A stretch of 64,000 nucleotides of DNA. It comes from the human T2T-CHM13v2.0 reference genome, Homo sapiens. The position numbers and the translations under genes were made by a program. Shown here in pieces: positions 10,719-26,797 of this stretch (its first letter is position 1; each line of letters opens with the position of its first letter). Location: NCBI RefSeq assembly GCF_009914755.1, contig NC_060935.1; one strand, given 5' to 3'. The notes beneath the pieces are model-generated. The model did no database searches. It saw only the letters and a program-made list of their open reading frames with translations, and was not told where the DNA came from.

Positions 10719-13049
10719 GGTTATCCACCAGCAATTTAAGAGGTACCTGCTGTCTTAGTTTGTAGTGTAGTTTAGGAGATAAAAGTAGCAGACACACAAA
10801 AATAATTGAAAAAGAATTCTGTGCTAAACTGGGTGATATTGTCTCCAAGTACAATAGGAATTCCGAGAAAAAAAGGTCAGTGTGGGCTGTAGTTGCTGCA
10901 GTTTTATAAATTAGGTGGAACAGGATCCCAATTTTGTGGCTTGCAGTTCTGCTTCCTTCTTTACAAGAAATGTCATCATCCTTTTCATGCTCAAGAAACA
11001 TGAAAATGACCTAGGATAAATCTTGCATATCTGTCAGTCAGGGACAAGGAATAAGATTAGTTTAAAACTAAATTGACTTTAAAGCTTTGTCTCTTATTTA
11101 AATAATTAACATTTATTTATTCATACAATGATGAATGCCAGGAATACAAAAAATAAAATAAAATACAATTTCTGCCCTTGATGTGTTTATTGTCTAGTGA
11201 GGCACATATACATTAGTGTGTAAAAAGGTAAGTTCAAGGATATGTGAGGAGACCTGCGATAGAAATATTTGGAGAGTTATGGATACCTTAAAGAGAGAAA
11301 TATGTGAGAAAGAAATTGGAGTTTAGTAAATAACCCTATCTTTTTCTGTGTTTAATATCAACATCTATTTCAGGACATTCTTAGTTTTAGGTCAGCCAAA
11401 TGAAATAGCTTGATTGTAGATACTTTGTAGTAAAATAGTCATTTAATATGAAAATGAAGAAATAACACTGCATATTCTAAAGTTCTAATTACTTGGGTTT
11501 AGTTGATCAGATGGGCTGACTTTGCTTACCTTGGGGTATACTTTAATAAAGTCAGACAAACTAATCAAAAAAACAACACAGAGGTGTGACTATAGTTAGT
11601 GCGTTAGCAAATGCACAGGATATACATTTGGCAAGACTCAGTGCTGTCCCAGGAACCTGAACTTTGGAATTTCCTGAATTTGTGGGGCTTATGGTATTTA
11701 AGTGGAAGTTAGGTAGATAGTAAGCTGGCTTTTATAGTTCATCAGTAAGTTAAAACACAGAAAGAAACTCTTAAAAGGAAGAGGGCTATGTCTTTATGAA
11801 TTATAGTTGCAGTTGCTAAAAATTGCAGAGAGAGAGAGAGGGAAGAATTATTATGTATACACACTGTGCTAGGTGCTGAACCCTTATTAAAGGTGAATAA
11901 GATCTAAGATCTGGTTGAGTCAAACATTGCTTGGTGTGAATGCCAGATATGAAAAACAAATACGATATTATTGAGAATAAAGAGAGGTAAGAAAGGGGAA
12001 GAAAAAGGATTAAATTAACATTGAGCTTGGAATCAACTAGCCTCATAATTCTAAACATAGAGTGGGCAATTAAATTTGGGAAGCAGATCATACAGTGGAT
12101 AGAAAGACCATAAACATTAAATCCCACCTCACTGACATGCACAATATTTGTAATAATAAATAGTTGTCATAGTGACATCTAGATAAATATCAAAACAAAA
12201 CCGACAAAATACCAAACAAACAGAAAATCAGACCAGCCCAGGAAATACAAAAACATCCCAGAAGTAGCCAATAGACAATTCAAGGCAGCTGACTAGGAAG
12301 GGTGGAGGGAACTCAGCCCTCTCATCTTTGAGTGAGATTTACTTTCCTAGGGTGCTCACTGGATCCAAGATGGTGCCCTGATTCCATCTCCAGTGTAGAG
12401 TGCCCATTGGGCACTCAGGAATTTGTCTTACCCCTGTGAAGAGCCTGGACCATTGGCATTGTGGCAGAAGAACAAGGAGACAGACAGAAGGGATCACTTA
12501 ACCCAGTTGCTCCAAAAGCCTGTGAAATAAGAATTTGCCTACCTCTCTTCAAGGAAATTTTAGGACATATGTCCTCCTGGTGTGAGTTGTGGGTTTCCTA
12601 TCCAAAGGCCAAATGCATGGGCTGGCTTTTGTGCACCCAGCCACATGCATAAGATTAATAAGTGTTTGCAGTCTCCCAAGCCTGGTGTGAAAACCACAAA
12701 GTAGGACATTGTGCCTTAACAGGTTGTACATGTGAGTTTCAACTTTACATTGATCTTCTATGGATAACTTTAAAGCTTTTTTTTTTTTAATTTGTGTTTC
12801 CAGTAGTCAACTTTGAAAAATATCATGATCAAAGGTAAGATGCTATTGCATGAAACATTTAAATTACATTTCTTGGAAACTGACTTTGGAGATTTGTTCC
12901 TTGATTCCAGTGTTTTAATCATCTTGCTCGGTGACCTGCTGCATGACTCATCCTGATCCCTAGAGGCTTTCTCTCTTCTTTCTACCTAGATGTTCAACTC
13001 TCTTCTTTCTACCTGGAAGTAGTATTTTGTTCATTGCACTTGGTAAGTT

Positions 13050-13240
13050 CGGACAGGGTCAAATCCTGCCTCTGCCAGTTACCAGGTCTTTCACTCTGGA
13101 CAAATTATTTAGCCTTTCTGTCTTCTTTTGGGGATGTTAACAAGAATACACATCACAGAGGACTAAAGTAAGGATTGAAGAAGATTGTGTATGCAAAGCA
13201 CTTAGCACTGTGCCTGACTCACAGTAGTACTCAATACATG
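13050..13240 (+). mobile_element. MIR
   Basis: GGTCAAATCCTGCCTCTGCC...GGACAAATT...AAAGCACTTAGCAC core. Confidence 0.7.
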
Positions 13241-15811
13241 CTATTTTTACATGCTTCTGGCACAGGCAGCCCTGACTTACAAATACCTGATTTACTGTGC
13301 CCTGTACACGTGAAGAGGATGAAACATTATGAAGGCACTCCAAGAGCCTGCTGCCAACACCAGAAACCCGACTGTTCTAGCTAAACCCCTGATTGCTTCT
13401 AAACCAATTACTCAGAAGATGCACAATTCACAGTTTCAGAATCCATATACAGTTCACCAGTCCTCTGTCTGCCTAACTCAATCTCATACCATCACAGAAC
13501 TAGAACACTTAGATTAGGGCGTCTGGGGTCTATGTTTTTGGCATTCTGCCTCAGAATGAGTGTCCTGATGTTGATACCAGGAGCCAAAAATGCAAATTAA
13601 GAAGGGTGATCATGGACCAGCTTGTGGCCTAATGGGGCAGAGGTAACTAACATGTGTGGTCCCAGACTATTATAAGGAACAATTCAATTAAGCCCCAATA
13701 TGTGCTTTCCAAACCCAAAGGGCACTATACCAGGCAAAGTGTCTTGCCCTTAAATTTGAAGGGGAGCGAAAAATACCAAACTGTAAAATATCTTCATTGG
13801 GTTTGTTCCCCTAGCTCCCTGCATTTGCATGAACATGCTAGTCAGTTCAGAATCCTGTGTTTATACCTTTCATTTGGTCAGAAAGATAAAAGATATAAAG
13901 AAAGTTTCCCTATTTCTCTTCCCAACTGGCTCCCTGTGTCTGAGTTCCAAGCCACAGCATGTGACAATGGGAAATCTTATCTGTTCCAGTTATTTGCTCT
14001 TTGTAGATCTAAAACAGTTTAAGTTATAACAGCATTCCCTAGGCCTTCAGCACAAATAATTCACACTTGCAACCACACTCACAGTTACCGCAGTGTGGTA
14101 TCATAAAGACTTCAGTTCTGCAAGAGACACTAAATTTAATACCAGCTCAGTCCTTTGCAGAGAAACCGATTTAATTAAGATGTTTTATGTCCACTTTTAC
14201 ACTTTTAAATGTAGAAATCTAAACATCTATAATATTAAATAATTCTGTCTTTAGAAGCATATTTTTCTCAAAAAAAAAAAAAAAAACCAGACTGGCAGGT
14301 TTTCATTTACACAAAATATTCCAGCATCAAGAGCCTTCTCAATTAGTTGCCAGGCTTCACTTTGTCTCAGTAAATTAGCAGAATGTAAATGAGCCAAGGT
14401 CCATGAAAAATCTCCTCATTGATTGCTTCTCTTGGTTTTGCCTCAAACCCTTCAGGGCTCGAATATTTGACAGTACGCTTTCAACTTACACACTATTTGC
14501 ATGAAACTGACAGAGCTTTAAAATTTTTTTTTTTAGTCAGAGTGCCTAGAAATGCTCACAATGCATTTTAACAAGTGATAGGCCAGTCTTTCTTCAGGAA
14601 TATTTGCTTTGAAAGGGTAAGAAATAATTAGACTAGCATGTGCTATCTTTGGTGAGGGTTGGCAACTTAGAACTTGGGAGCTGTTGGCAGGCCCTGGCAG
14701 TCATTGTTGGTGTTGTGGGAAGCCTTTCCAGAAGTGTGTCCAAAAATTGTAAGTGGACTCGTTCTGACCTTTTCTGGCCCTGGTCCCACCCTGTTAAAAC
14801 AAGGTTTTCAGGGTAGGATTCCAAAAGGCAGAGTTGAGGTAGGAAAGCGGGACAGGATGTCATGGAGTGGAAAAAAAAATCACCAATAGTCTAGGGAATT
14901 GGGACCTCATTTGAGTCCCGGTTCTGACACTATGTGACCTTGGACAAGCTACTATTCCTGACAACAGCTTCCCCTGGGCTGTGGTACAGAGAGATTGCAT
15001 GTTGGAGCAATTCCTAGCACCCACCAGTTATAGCACTGTTACTTCTACAAAAGAAAACATATAGAAATGCAAGTAAAAGCTAGGTTCTTACAGAGATAAC
15101 ATGGAACGCACATAAATTTCTTTTTAGAAAAAAATTACTGGCAAATTTTGGTAGTTTATTATTAGTTATCCAATTATACATAACACCCCTGTAGCCCTGT
15201 GGCTGAGAGCCAATGATGTTTCACTCTCCAAATGTAATATTTAATTATTGGAAGACTTTTCTGAGAGTTACCTTGATACAGAGGTTTAACTAAAAAAGCA
15301 AAAGTTGAACTCTCTCATCTGTAAGTGGGAATCAGCAACAATGACTGCTCCATCCTCTAGGGTTTGCTGTGAGGAGCTATAGAATGTTGCTGAATATAAA
15401 GGGCTTTGTGTAAGTGGAAAGGGGGTATCCGTGCATAGATGCCTGGAATGCTGTGTGCAGGATTGGAGGCACCACAGAGAGAGCATGAAGGTATGTGGAT
15501 TAACATCACGAGGCAGGATGGGAGAGACTCTTGCAGAGAGGCCCAGGGCCCACAGTTGCTGGCAGAGCTCCCAGCAGAAACCTTGGCATGCAGTAAGAGA
15601 TCTGTAGGTATCCACTGAATGGATGAATGAGTGAATGTTTCAATGAGTAAGTGAATGAATGGTGGAACAAAACTACACAATAGGTTCTGGATTATGAGTT
15701 CCAAAACAATGGATTACATTGAAACTCCTATTTCACCCTTGAGCTCTGGTGCATGTGCTAGGTCTGAGAGGGATGGTTCCAGTGACAGATGTTTATGACC
15801 AGTCTCAGTAA

Positions 15812-16080
15812 TAGGAAGCAGAGTGTAGAGATTTAGGGCAGGGGCTTTTACATCAGATTGCCTGGGTCCAAATCCCAGATCTACCATGAGCTATTTGAGA
15901 TGCTCATCATTATCTCTAACACTTCTGTGCCTTAGTTTCTGTAATATGGGGAAGAAGATGGTAATGAAGATGATGAAGATGATGGTGACTACCTCATAAT
16001 ATTCTCATAAGGATTAAATGAGTCAGTACACACAAAGTGTTTAGACAGTGCTTGAAGTTCTCAAAAAATTTTAGTTATTG
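15812..16080 (+). mobile_element. MIR with internal (GAT)n-like tract
   Basis: CCTGGGTCCAAATCCCAG...TCTGTGCCTTAGTTTC...AAGGATTAAATGAG. Confidence 0.75.
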
Positions 16081-16199
16081 CATTTGGACAATGAAGTATC
16101 ATTGGGACCTAACTGTTTGCACTATACTTATAAATATATATATACTACTTCTAAGCAGTTTCACTTGAACTTGAGTGGGAGTTCATGCCCTGGGGAATA

Positions 16200-16410
16200 A
16201 AAAGGCTTAGTATTTGAAGTCAGGGAAACAAAGCCTGAAAACTTGCTCTGATTCTTACTGAGTAAACTTGGACAAATAAATCATTTTTCCTTTTTGAGGC
16301 CCAATTCCCAACATGCAAAACAGGGAAAGTAATGATGATACCTTATATGGCTGTCATGAGGAGTAAATTAAATAATACATATGAAAGGGATTTATAAACC
16401 TTAAAGACTA
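16200..16410 (+). mobile_element. MIR
   Basis: TTTGAAGTCAG...CTTGGACAAAT...ATGAGGAGTAAATTAAATAATA. Confidence 0.6.
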
Positions 16411-16425
16411 CTTAACAATTATTGT

Positions 16426-17240
16426 GGGAAGCAGCCAAGATGGCCAAAGAGGAACAGCTCCAGTCTACAGCTCCCAGCGTGAGCGACACAAAAGATGGGT
16501 GATTTCTGCATTTCCATCCTAGGTACCAGGTTCATCTCACTAGGGAGTGCCAGACAGTGGGCACAGGACAGTGGGTGCAGCATACCGTACACGAGCTGAA
16601 GCAGGGCGAGGCATTGCCTCACTCGGGAAGCACAAGGGGTCAGGAAGTTCCCTTTCCTAGTCAAAGAAAGGGGTGACAGAGGGCACCTGGAAAATGGGGT
16701 CACTCCCACCCGAATACTGCGCATTTCCGACGGGCTTAAAAAACGGTGCACCACGAGATTATATCCCGCACATGGCTGGGAAGGTCCTGGCAGCGAGACG
16801 CCCACGGAGTCTCCTGATGGCTAGCACAGCAGTCTGAGATCAAACTGCAAGGCAGCAGCGAGGCTGGGGGAGGGGTGCCCGCCATTTCCCAGGCTTGCTT
16901 AGGTAAACAAAGCAGCCAGGAAACTCGAACTGGGTGGAGCCCACCACAGCTCAAGGAGGCCTGCCTGCCTCTGTAGGCTCCACCTCTGGGGGCAGGGCAC
17001 AGACAAACAAAAAGACAGCAGTAACCTCCGCAGACTTAAATGTCCCTGTCTGACAGCTTTGAAGAGAGCAGTGGTTCTCCCAGTACACAGCTGGAGATCT
17101 GAGAACGGGCAGAATGCCTCTTCAAGTGGGTCCCTGACCCCCCACCCCCGAGCAGCCTAACTGGGAGGCACCCCCCAGTAGGGGCAGACTGACACCTCAC
17201 ACGGCTAGGTAGTCCTCTGAGACAAAACTTCCAGAGGAAG
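16426..17240 (+). promoter_or_regulatory. L1 5'UTR (sense and antisense promoter region) with YY1 motif CAAGATGGCC at 16436-16445
   Basis: Motif read directly. Promoter function is inferred from known L1 biology; many CpGs have decayed. Confidence 0.75.
16665..16885 (-). pseudogene. Frameshifted L1 ORF0
   Basis: MAGTPPPASLLPCSLISDCCAS lies in one frame and GYNLVVHRFLSPSEMRSIRVGVT in another, with indels near 16789-16815. End coordinate approximate. Confidence 0.75.
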
Positions 17241-17339
17241 GCTCCAATTAAAAGACACAGACTGGCAAATTGGATAAAGACTCAAGACCCATCAGTGTGC
17301 TCTATTCAGGAAACCCATCTCATGTGCAGAGACACATAG

Positions 17340-20501
<3,162 letters not shown>

Positions 20502-21374
20502 TGCAAATCAAAACCACAATGAGATACCATCTCCCACCAGTTAGAATGGCAATCATTAAAAAGTCAGGAAACAACAGGTGCTGGAGAGGATGTGGAGAAA
20601 TAGGAACACTTTTACACTGTTGGTGGGACTGTAAACTAGTTCAACCATTGTGGAAGTCAGTGTGGCGATTCCTCAGGGATCTAGAACTAGAAATACCATT
20701 TGATCCAGCCATCCCATTACTGGGTATATACCCAAAGGACTATAAATCATGCTGCTATAAAGTCACATGCGCACGTATGTTTATTGCGGCACTATTCACA
20801 ATAGCAAAGACTTGGAACCAACCCAAGTGTCCAACAATGACAGACTGGATTAAGAAAATGTGGCACATATACAACATGGAATACTATAAAGCCATAAAAA
20901 ATGATGAGTTCATGTCCTTTGTAGGGACATGGATGAAACTGGAAATCATCATTCTCAGTAAACTATTGCAAGAACAAAAAACCAAACACCGCATATTCTC
21001 ACTCATAGGTGGGAATTGAACAATGAGAACACATGGACACAGGAAGGGGAACATCACACTCTGGGGACTGTTATGGGGTGTGGGGAGTGGGGAGGGATAG
21101 CATTAGGAGATATACCTAATGCTAAATGACGAGTTAATGGGTGCAGCACACCAGTATGGCACACGTATACATATGTAACTAACCTGCACATTGTGCACGT
21201 GTACCCTAAAACTTAAAGTATAATAATAATAAAATAAAATAAAAGAAAAACAAGGAAAAAAAAAACAATTATTGTACTATTTTTCCAAATTTGCTTAACA
21301 TTTGTATAATGGTGAAAAATTTTTAAGTGTTTTTACATACATTGTTTCAGATAGATAACTCGTTACTTTAGTGT

Positions 21375-24300
21375 TGTCGTAATTACGTATTATGTAACAC
21401 AAAGTAATAAATTACCCTAATATAATTATATTGTAGGTGGACAGGCTCAGTTAGGTGGTTCTTATTTAGAGTCTCAAATAGGTACAGTTAGAACTTGGCT
21501 GTGGCTTGAGGCATCTGAATATTCCACCAGGCAATATTACCAAGGTGGCTTCTTAGGACACATTTTTTTTTTGAATTCTTATTTTGGATTTACAGGGTAC
21601 ATGTGCAGGTTTGTCACATGAGTGTTTTGCATGATGCTGAGATTTAGGGTGTGGATGATCCTGTCACCAAGGTATTGAGCACAGTTCCCAGTGGATAATT
21701 TTTCAGCACACACCCCCTTCTCTTCCTACCCCTTATAGTAGTCCCGAGTTTCTATAGTTCCCATCTTTATGTCCATGTGTACTCAGTGTTTAGCTCCCAC
21801 TTATAAGTGAGAACATGTAGTATTTGGTTTTCTATTTCTGAGTTAATTTGCTGAGGATGTTACTGCACAGGACATGATTTTATTCCTTTTATGCCTGCGT
21901 AGTATTTCATGGTGTATACATACCACATTTTCTTTATCCAGTCCACCATTGATGTACACCTAGGTTGATTCCATGTCTTTGATATTGTGAATAGCACTGT
22001 GATGAACACATGAGCGCATGTGTCTTTTTGGTGGAATGATTTATTTTCCTTTGGGTATATAGCTAGTAATGGGATTGCTGGGGTGAATGATGGTTCTGTT
22101 TTAAGTTTTTTGAGAAATTTCCAACTGCTTTCCACAGTGGCTGAACTAATTTGCATTACCACCCACAGTGTAAAAGCATTCCCTCTTCAGAACCTTGCTG
22201 GCATCTGTTCCTTTTTCACTTTTTAATAATTGCCATGCTGACTGGTGTGAGGTGGTATCTCATTGTGGTTTCGATTTGCATATCTTTGATGATTGGTGAT
22301 GTGGAACGTTTTTCTATATGCTTGTTGACTTCTTTTAAGAAGTATCTGTTCATGTCCTTTGTCCATTTTTGATTACTTTTTTTTCTTGTGGATGTGTTTA
22401 AGTTTCTTGTAGATTCTGGATAATAGACTTTTGTCAGATACACAGTTTGTGAATATTTTCTTATACTCTGTGTTGTCTGTGTAGGTTGTCTGTGTAGGTT
22501 GTCTGTTTACTCTGTTGACAGTTTCTTTTGCTGTGCAGAAGCTCTTCAGTTTAAGTAGATCCTACTTGTTGATTTTCATTTTTGCTGCAATTGCTTTTGG
22601 GGACTTAGCCATAAATTCTTTGCTAAAACTCATGTTCAGGAAGGTATTTCCTAGGTTTTCTTTAGGATTTTTATACTTTAAGGTCTTACATTTCAATCTT
22701 CAGCCCATCTTGGGTTAATTTTTGTACATGGTGAAAGGTAAAGTTTCAGTTTCATTCTTCTGCATATGGCTAGCCAGTTATCCCAGCACCATTTATTGAA
22801 TATGGAGTATTTTCCTCATTGCTTATTTTTTTCAACCTTGCTGAAGATCAGATGGTTGTAGATATGTGGCTTTATTTTTGGGTTTTCTATTCTGTTCCAT
22901 TTGTCCATGTGTTTGTCTTTGTACAAGTGCTATGCTGTTTTGGTTATTGTAGCCTTATAGTATAGTTCAAAGTTGGTTAATGTGATGCCTCTGGCTTTGT
23001 TCTTTTTGCTTAGGATTGCTTTGGCTATTTGGGCTCTTTATTGACTCCATACACATTTTAGAATATTTTTTTCCAATTCTGTGAAAAATGACATTTGTAT
23101 TTTGATAGGAATGGCAGTAAATCTGTAAATTGCTTTGGAAAGTATGGTTGTTTTAATGATGTCAATTCTTCCACTCCATGAGCATAAAATATTTTTTTAT
23201 TTGTGTTGTCTCTGATTTCTTTCAGCAATGTTCTGTAGTTCTCTTTATAGATATTTTTCACCTCTTTTGTTGTATTCCTAGTTACTTTAATTTTTTGGTG
23301 GTTATTGTGAATGGAATTGTGTTTTTGATTTCGCTCTCAGCTAGGATGTTATTGGTGTATAGAAATGTTACTGATTTTTGTACATTGCTTTTGTATCCTG
23401 CACATTTACTGAAGTTGTTTATCAGTTCTAGGACCCTTTTTCACAGAATTTTTAGAATTTTTTAAGTATAGAATCATATTGCCAGCAAGAAGAGAGAGTT
23501 TGACTTTTTGTTTTCCTATTTGGATACCTTTTATTTCTTTATCTTGTCTGATTGCTCTGGCTAGGACTTTCAGTGATATGTTGAAGAGAAGTGGTGAGAA
23601 CAGGCATCCTTGTCTCATTCTAGTTTTCAAGGGGAATTGTTCCAGGTTTTGGCCATTTAGTATGATGTTGGCTATGAGTTTTCATAGCTGGCTCTAATTA
23701 TTCTGAAGTATGTTCTTTGATGCCTAGTCTGTTGAGGGCTTTATCCTGAAGGGATTTTGGATTTTATCAAAGGCTTTCTTTACATCTATTGAAATGATCA
23801 TATAGTGTTTTTTTTGGTTCTGTTTATTTGAATCACAATTATTGATTTGTATAGGCTGAACTACCTTTGCCTACCAAGAATAAGAGCCTATTTGATCATG
23901 GTGAATTAACTTTTTGATGTGCTGCTGGATTTAGTTTGCTAGTATTTTGTTGAAGATTTTTGTGTCTATGATCATAAGGGATATTGGCCTGAAGTTTTCT
24001 TTTTTCTCTGTGTCTCTTCCAGATTTTGGTATTAGGCTGATGCTAACCTAATAGAATGAGTGAGGGAGGAGCAATTTCTTTTTTATTTTTTTGAAATAGT
24101 TTCAGTAGAATTGGTACTAGGTCTTTTATATCTGGAAAAATTTGTCTTTGAATCCATCTGGTCCAGGGCTTTTTTGGTTGGTAGGTTTTTAATTACTGAC
24201 TCAATATCAGAACTTGTTATTGGTCTACTTACATTTTCACTTACAGATTGTGTTTCCAGGAATTATCTATTTCCTCCAGATTTTCTAATTTGTGTGCATA

Positions 24301-25385
24301 GAGGTATGCATAATGGTCTCTAAGAATATTTTGTATTTCTATAGCACCAGTTCTAACGTCATTTGCTGTTGTGTTTATTTGAATCTTCTTCTTTTTTTTC
24401 TTTGTTAATCTAGCCATTGGTCTATCAATCTTGTTTATTCTTTTGAAAAACCAACTCTTGGTTTTATTGATCTCTTATATGGATTTTTAAATCTCGATTT
24501 CATTCAGTTATTCTCTCATTTTAGGTATTAGTTATTTCTTTTTTTCTGCTAGGTTTGGGGTTGCTTTGTTCTTTTTTTTTTTTTTTTTTTTGTAGTTTAT
24601 CTAGGTATGATCAATTGGATCTAATATACATCTCCAGGATACTCCACCCAACAAACACAGAATATACATTCTTCTCAACTGCATACAGAACATATTTTAA
24701 GATTGACCACATGCTCAGTCATAAAGCAAGTCTCGATACATTAAAAAATCAAAATCATACCATGCAAACTCTTGGACCACAGTGCAATAAAAATAGAGAT
24801 CAATACTATGATCTCTTAAAACTACACAAAACAGGAAAATTAAACAATTTGGTCCTGAATAATTCTTGGGTGAAAAATGAAATTAAGGCAGAAATAAAAA
24901 ATTCTTTGATATTAATGAAATAGAGACACAACTTACTAAAATATTTGGGATGCAGATAATGCAGTGTAAGAGGAAAGTTCATAGCACCCGATGCCTTCAT
25001 GAAGAAGTTAGAAAAATCTAAAATTATTAATGTGGGTTCTTAGTCAACCTATCTGGCACCTGGGCCAGGAGGGCAGGAGTAAGCAGGTGGCTGGCCAGGC
25101 CTCCTTCTCTATGCTCCCTCTCTACATAACTAGCTTGGATTTCCTATGAGCAGAAAGCTTCAAGGTAGTCAGGCTTCTTACACGGGGGGCTGGCTCTGTC
25201 CAAAATGATTGTTCTAAGATATCAAAGGAGAAATCATAAGGCTTTTTATGACCGTTCCTCAATATCATTTTTCTTGAATTCTATTGGTTACCAGCGAGTT
25301 GTAATCCACATTCACAAAAAGGAGACCTATAAACTCATGGCAGAAAGCATGGTTCATTAAGGAGCCATCTTTGGAGATTAGCTAT
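21375..25385 (-). mobile_element. Old MLT1 (G/H-like) LTR split by an L1 insertion; pieces at about 21375-21560 and 25032-25385
   Basis: GGACAGGCTCAG..GGTGGTTCTT, CAAGGTGGCTTC, GGTAGTCAGGCTTCTTAC and GCCATCTTTGGAGA motifs. Confidence 0.6.
21563..25031 (-). mobile_element. L1PA15/16-like element with 5' inversion: minus segment 21563-24606, inverted plus segment about 24607-25031
   Basis: Poly(T) and L1 3'UTR on minus, then endonuclease-region sequence on plus. Degenerate TSD GTGGCTTCTTAG (21545) / GTGGGTTCTTAG (25032). Confidence 0.9.
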
Positions 25386-25899
25386 TATTTATTATACAAG
25401 TAATAGTCGTTTATCATATGACTCCCAAACTCAGGAGCTCATTCTACACAAAGTGCATCTTTTCTTGAATTTTAATTTGTTGGTAAGACTTGACAGCCAG
25501 CTCACATATATAAATCTTCAAAAAATTATGGAAATGCTAAAAATTAAGTTCCTTTTAACAACTCTTAACTTTAAGAGACGTTACTGTGTACAAAACATAA
25601 TACATAAGAAAAACAACCCAGTCAAACCTGATTTCTTTATGACGAAGAGAAACTCAGATAAGTTTCAGACATTGTGTTCCTAATGCTGCCCAATAGCCTC
25701 AATCAGTGCTCCAGACTCTGGAGTTGCCCTTCCTTTGATCCATAAGGTACTGTGAAGCATTGGGACACAGCAACTGTTCAAGGAATTTCATTATATATAA
25801 TGCCACCTGAAGAAACTGTTCTAGTGATTGCCACTGCATTGTCATCAATTATAAATATCATTCAACCATCCACTTATTCATTCCGTTTTTTAACATGTA

Positions 25900-26112
25900 A
25901 ATTCTTTTTTAAAATTTAATTTTTAATTGACAAAAATTGTCTATATCTAAGGAGTACAATGGGATGTTATGACATCTTTATATATTGTAGAATGATTAAA
26001 TCAGGCTATTTACCTCATGTATTTATTCTCTGTAGTGAGAATGTTTAAAATATCCTCTTTAAGTAATTTTGAAATATAGTACAAGGTTTTAATTAGACAG
26101 GAGAAATAGGTT
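25900..26112 (-). mobile_element. L1MA-type 3' end fragment
   Basis: TTTAATTGACAAAAATTGT...GAATGATTAAATCAGGCTA...TTTTGAAATATA. Confidence 0.7.
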
Positions 26113-26559
26113 AATCTTTATTTCTTCTTTTATTCAGATCAATAGCTTTCATATCTGAGACACTGGTTTGGCATCATGTACCATTAGCCTCTGTGTTTGT
26201 GCAAGCACAAAGGCACATACATGTTAAAGTAAATATCTTAAGAATGGTTTCCAGAAAGAAAATAAGCTTAATAGAAGGATTAATTTTTTTAACCTCCTAA
26301 TGTTTGTATTGTGAAACTTTTTCTACTTACTGTTCACATAACAGTTTCTGCTCTCCAGCTTCTAAGTCACTGTGCATGTCATACTTCAAAAGTCTAGCTC
26401 ACTTCTTTAGTGGATTGTTCCTGATTATTGTAATTTGCAGTGATCTCACTTACCTCTTACACTTGTAGTATCATTTGTCTGTTCTATTCCCTGACACTTG
26501 CATAGTGCTTCATGTCATACCTTGAGTTCCCACATTTACTAAACTATCTATTAATACCT

Positions 26560-26797
26560 AAAGAACCTCCTCTATCACTCTTTACTTTTTTATCTTGCTT
26601 TATTTTTATGTACTGGATTTATTGATGCCAAACATGTGTTATATAATTTATGTACTTATTTGGGTTTCATGTATTTTGTTCAATGGTATATAAATACCAT
26701 CAAAGCAGGAATTTTGTCTGTTTTATTCATTGTTGTATCTTTAGCACCAGTGAAAGTGTCTGATACAGTAGATAATAAATGTTTTGGGAATGAATAA
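26560..26797 (+). mobile_element. L2 3' end
   Basis: GCAGGAATTTTGTCTGTTTTATTCATTGTTGTATC...GAATGAAT. Confidence 0.65.

Noticed and set aside
12398-12416. 9-bp-arm palindrome GAGTGCCCA-T-TGGGCACTC
   Set aside because: Arms of this length are expected by chance in 64 kb once variable spacers are allowed.
17230-17250. L1 deletion as a spliced, retrotransposed L1 (SpIRE)
   Set aside because: The removed segment would not begin with GT or end with AG; the other L1 shows AAAT before GCTCC.
21063-21095. G-quadruplex-like G runs
   Set aside because: Standard L1 3'UTR feature.
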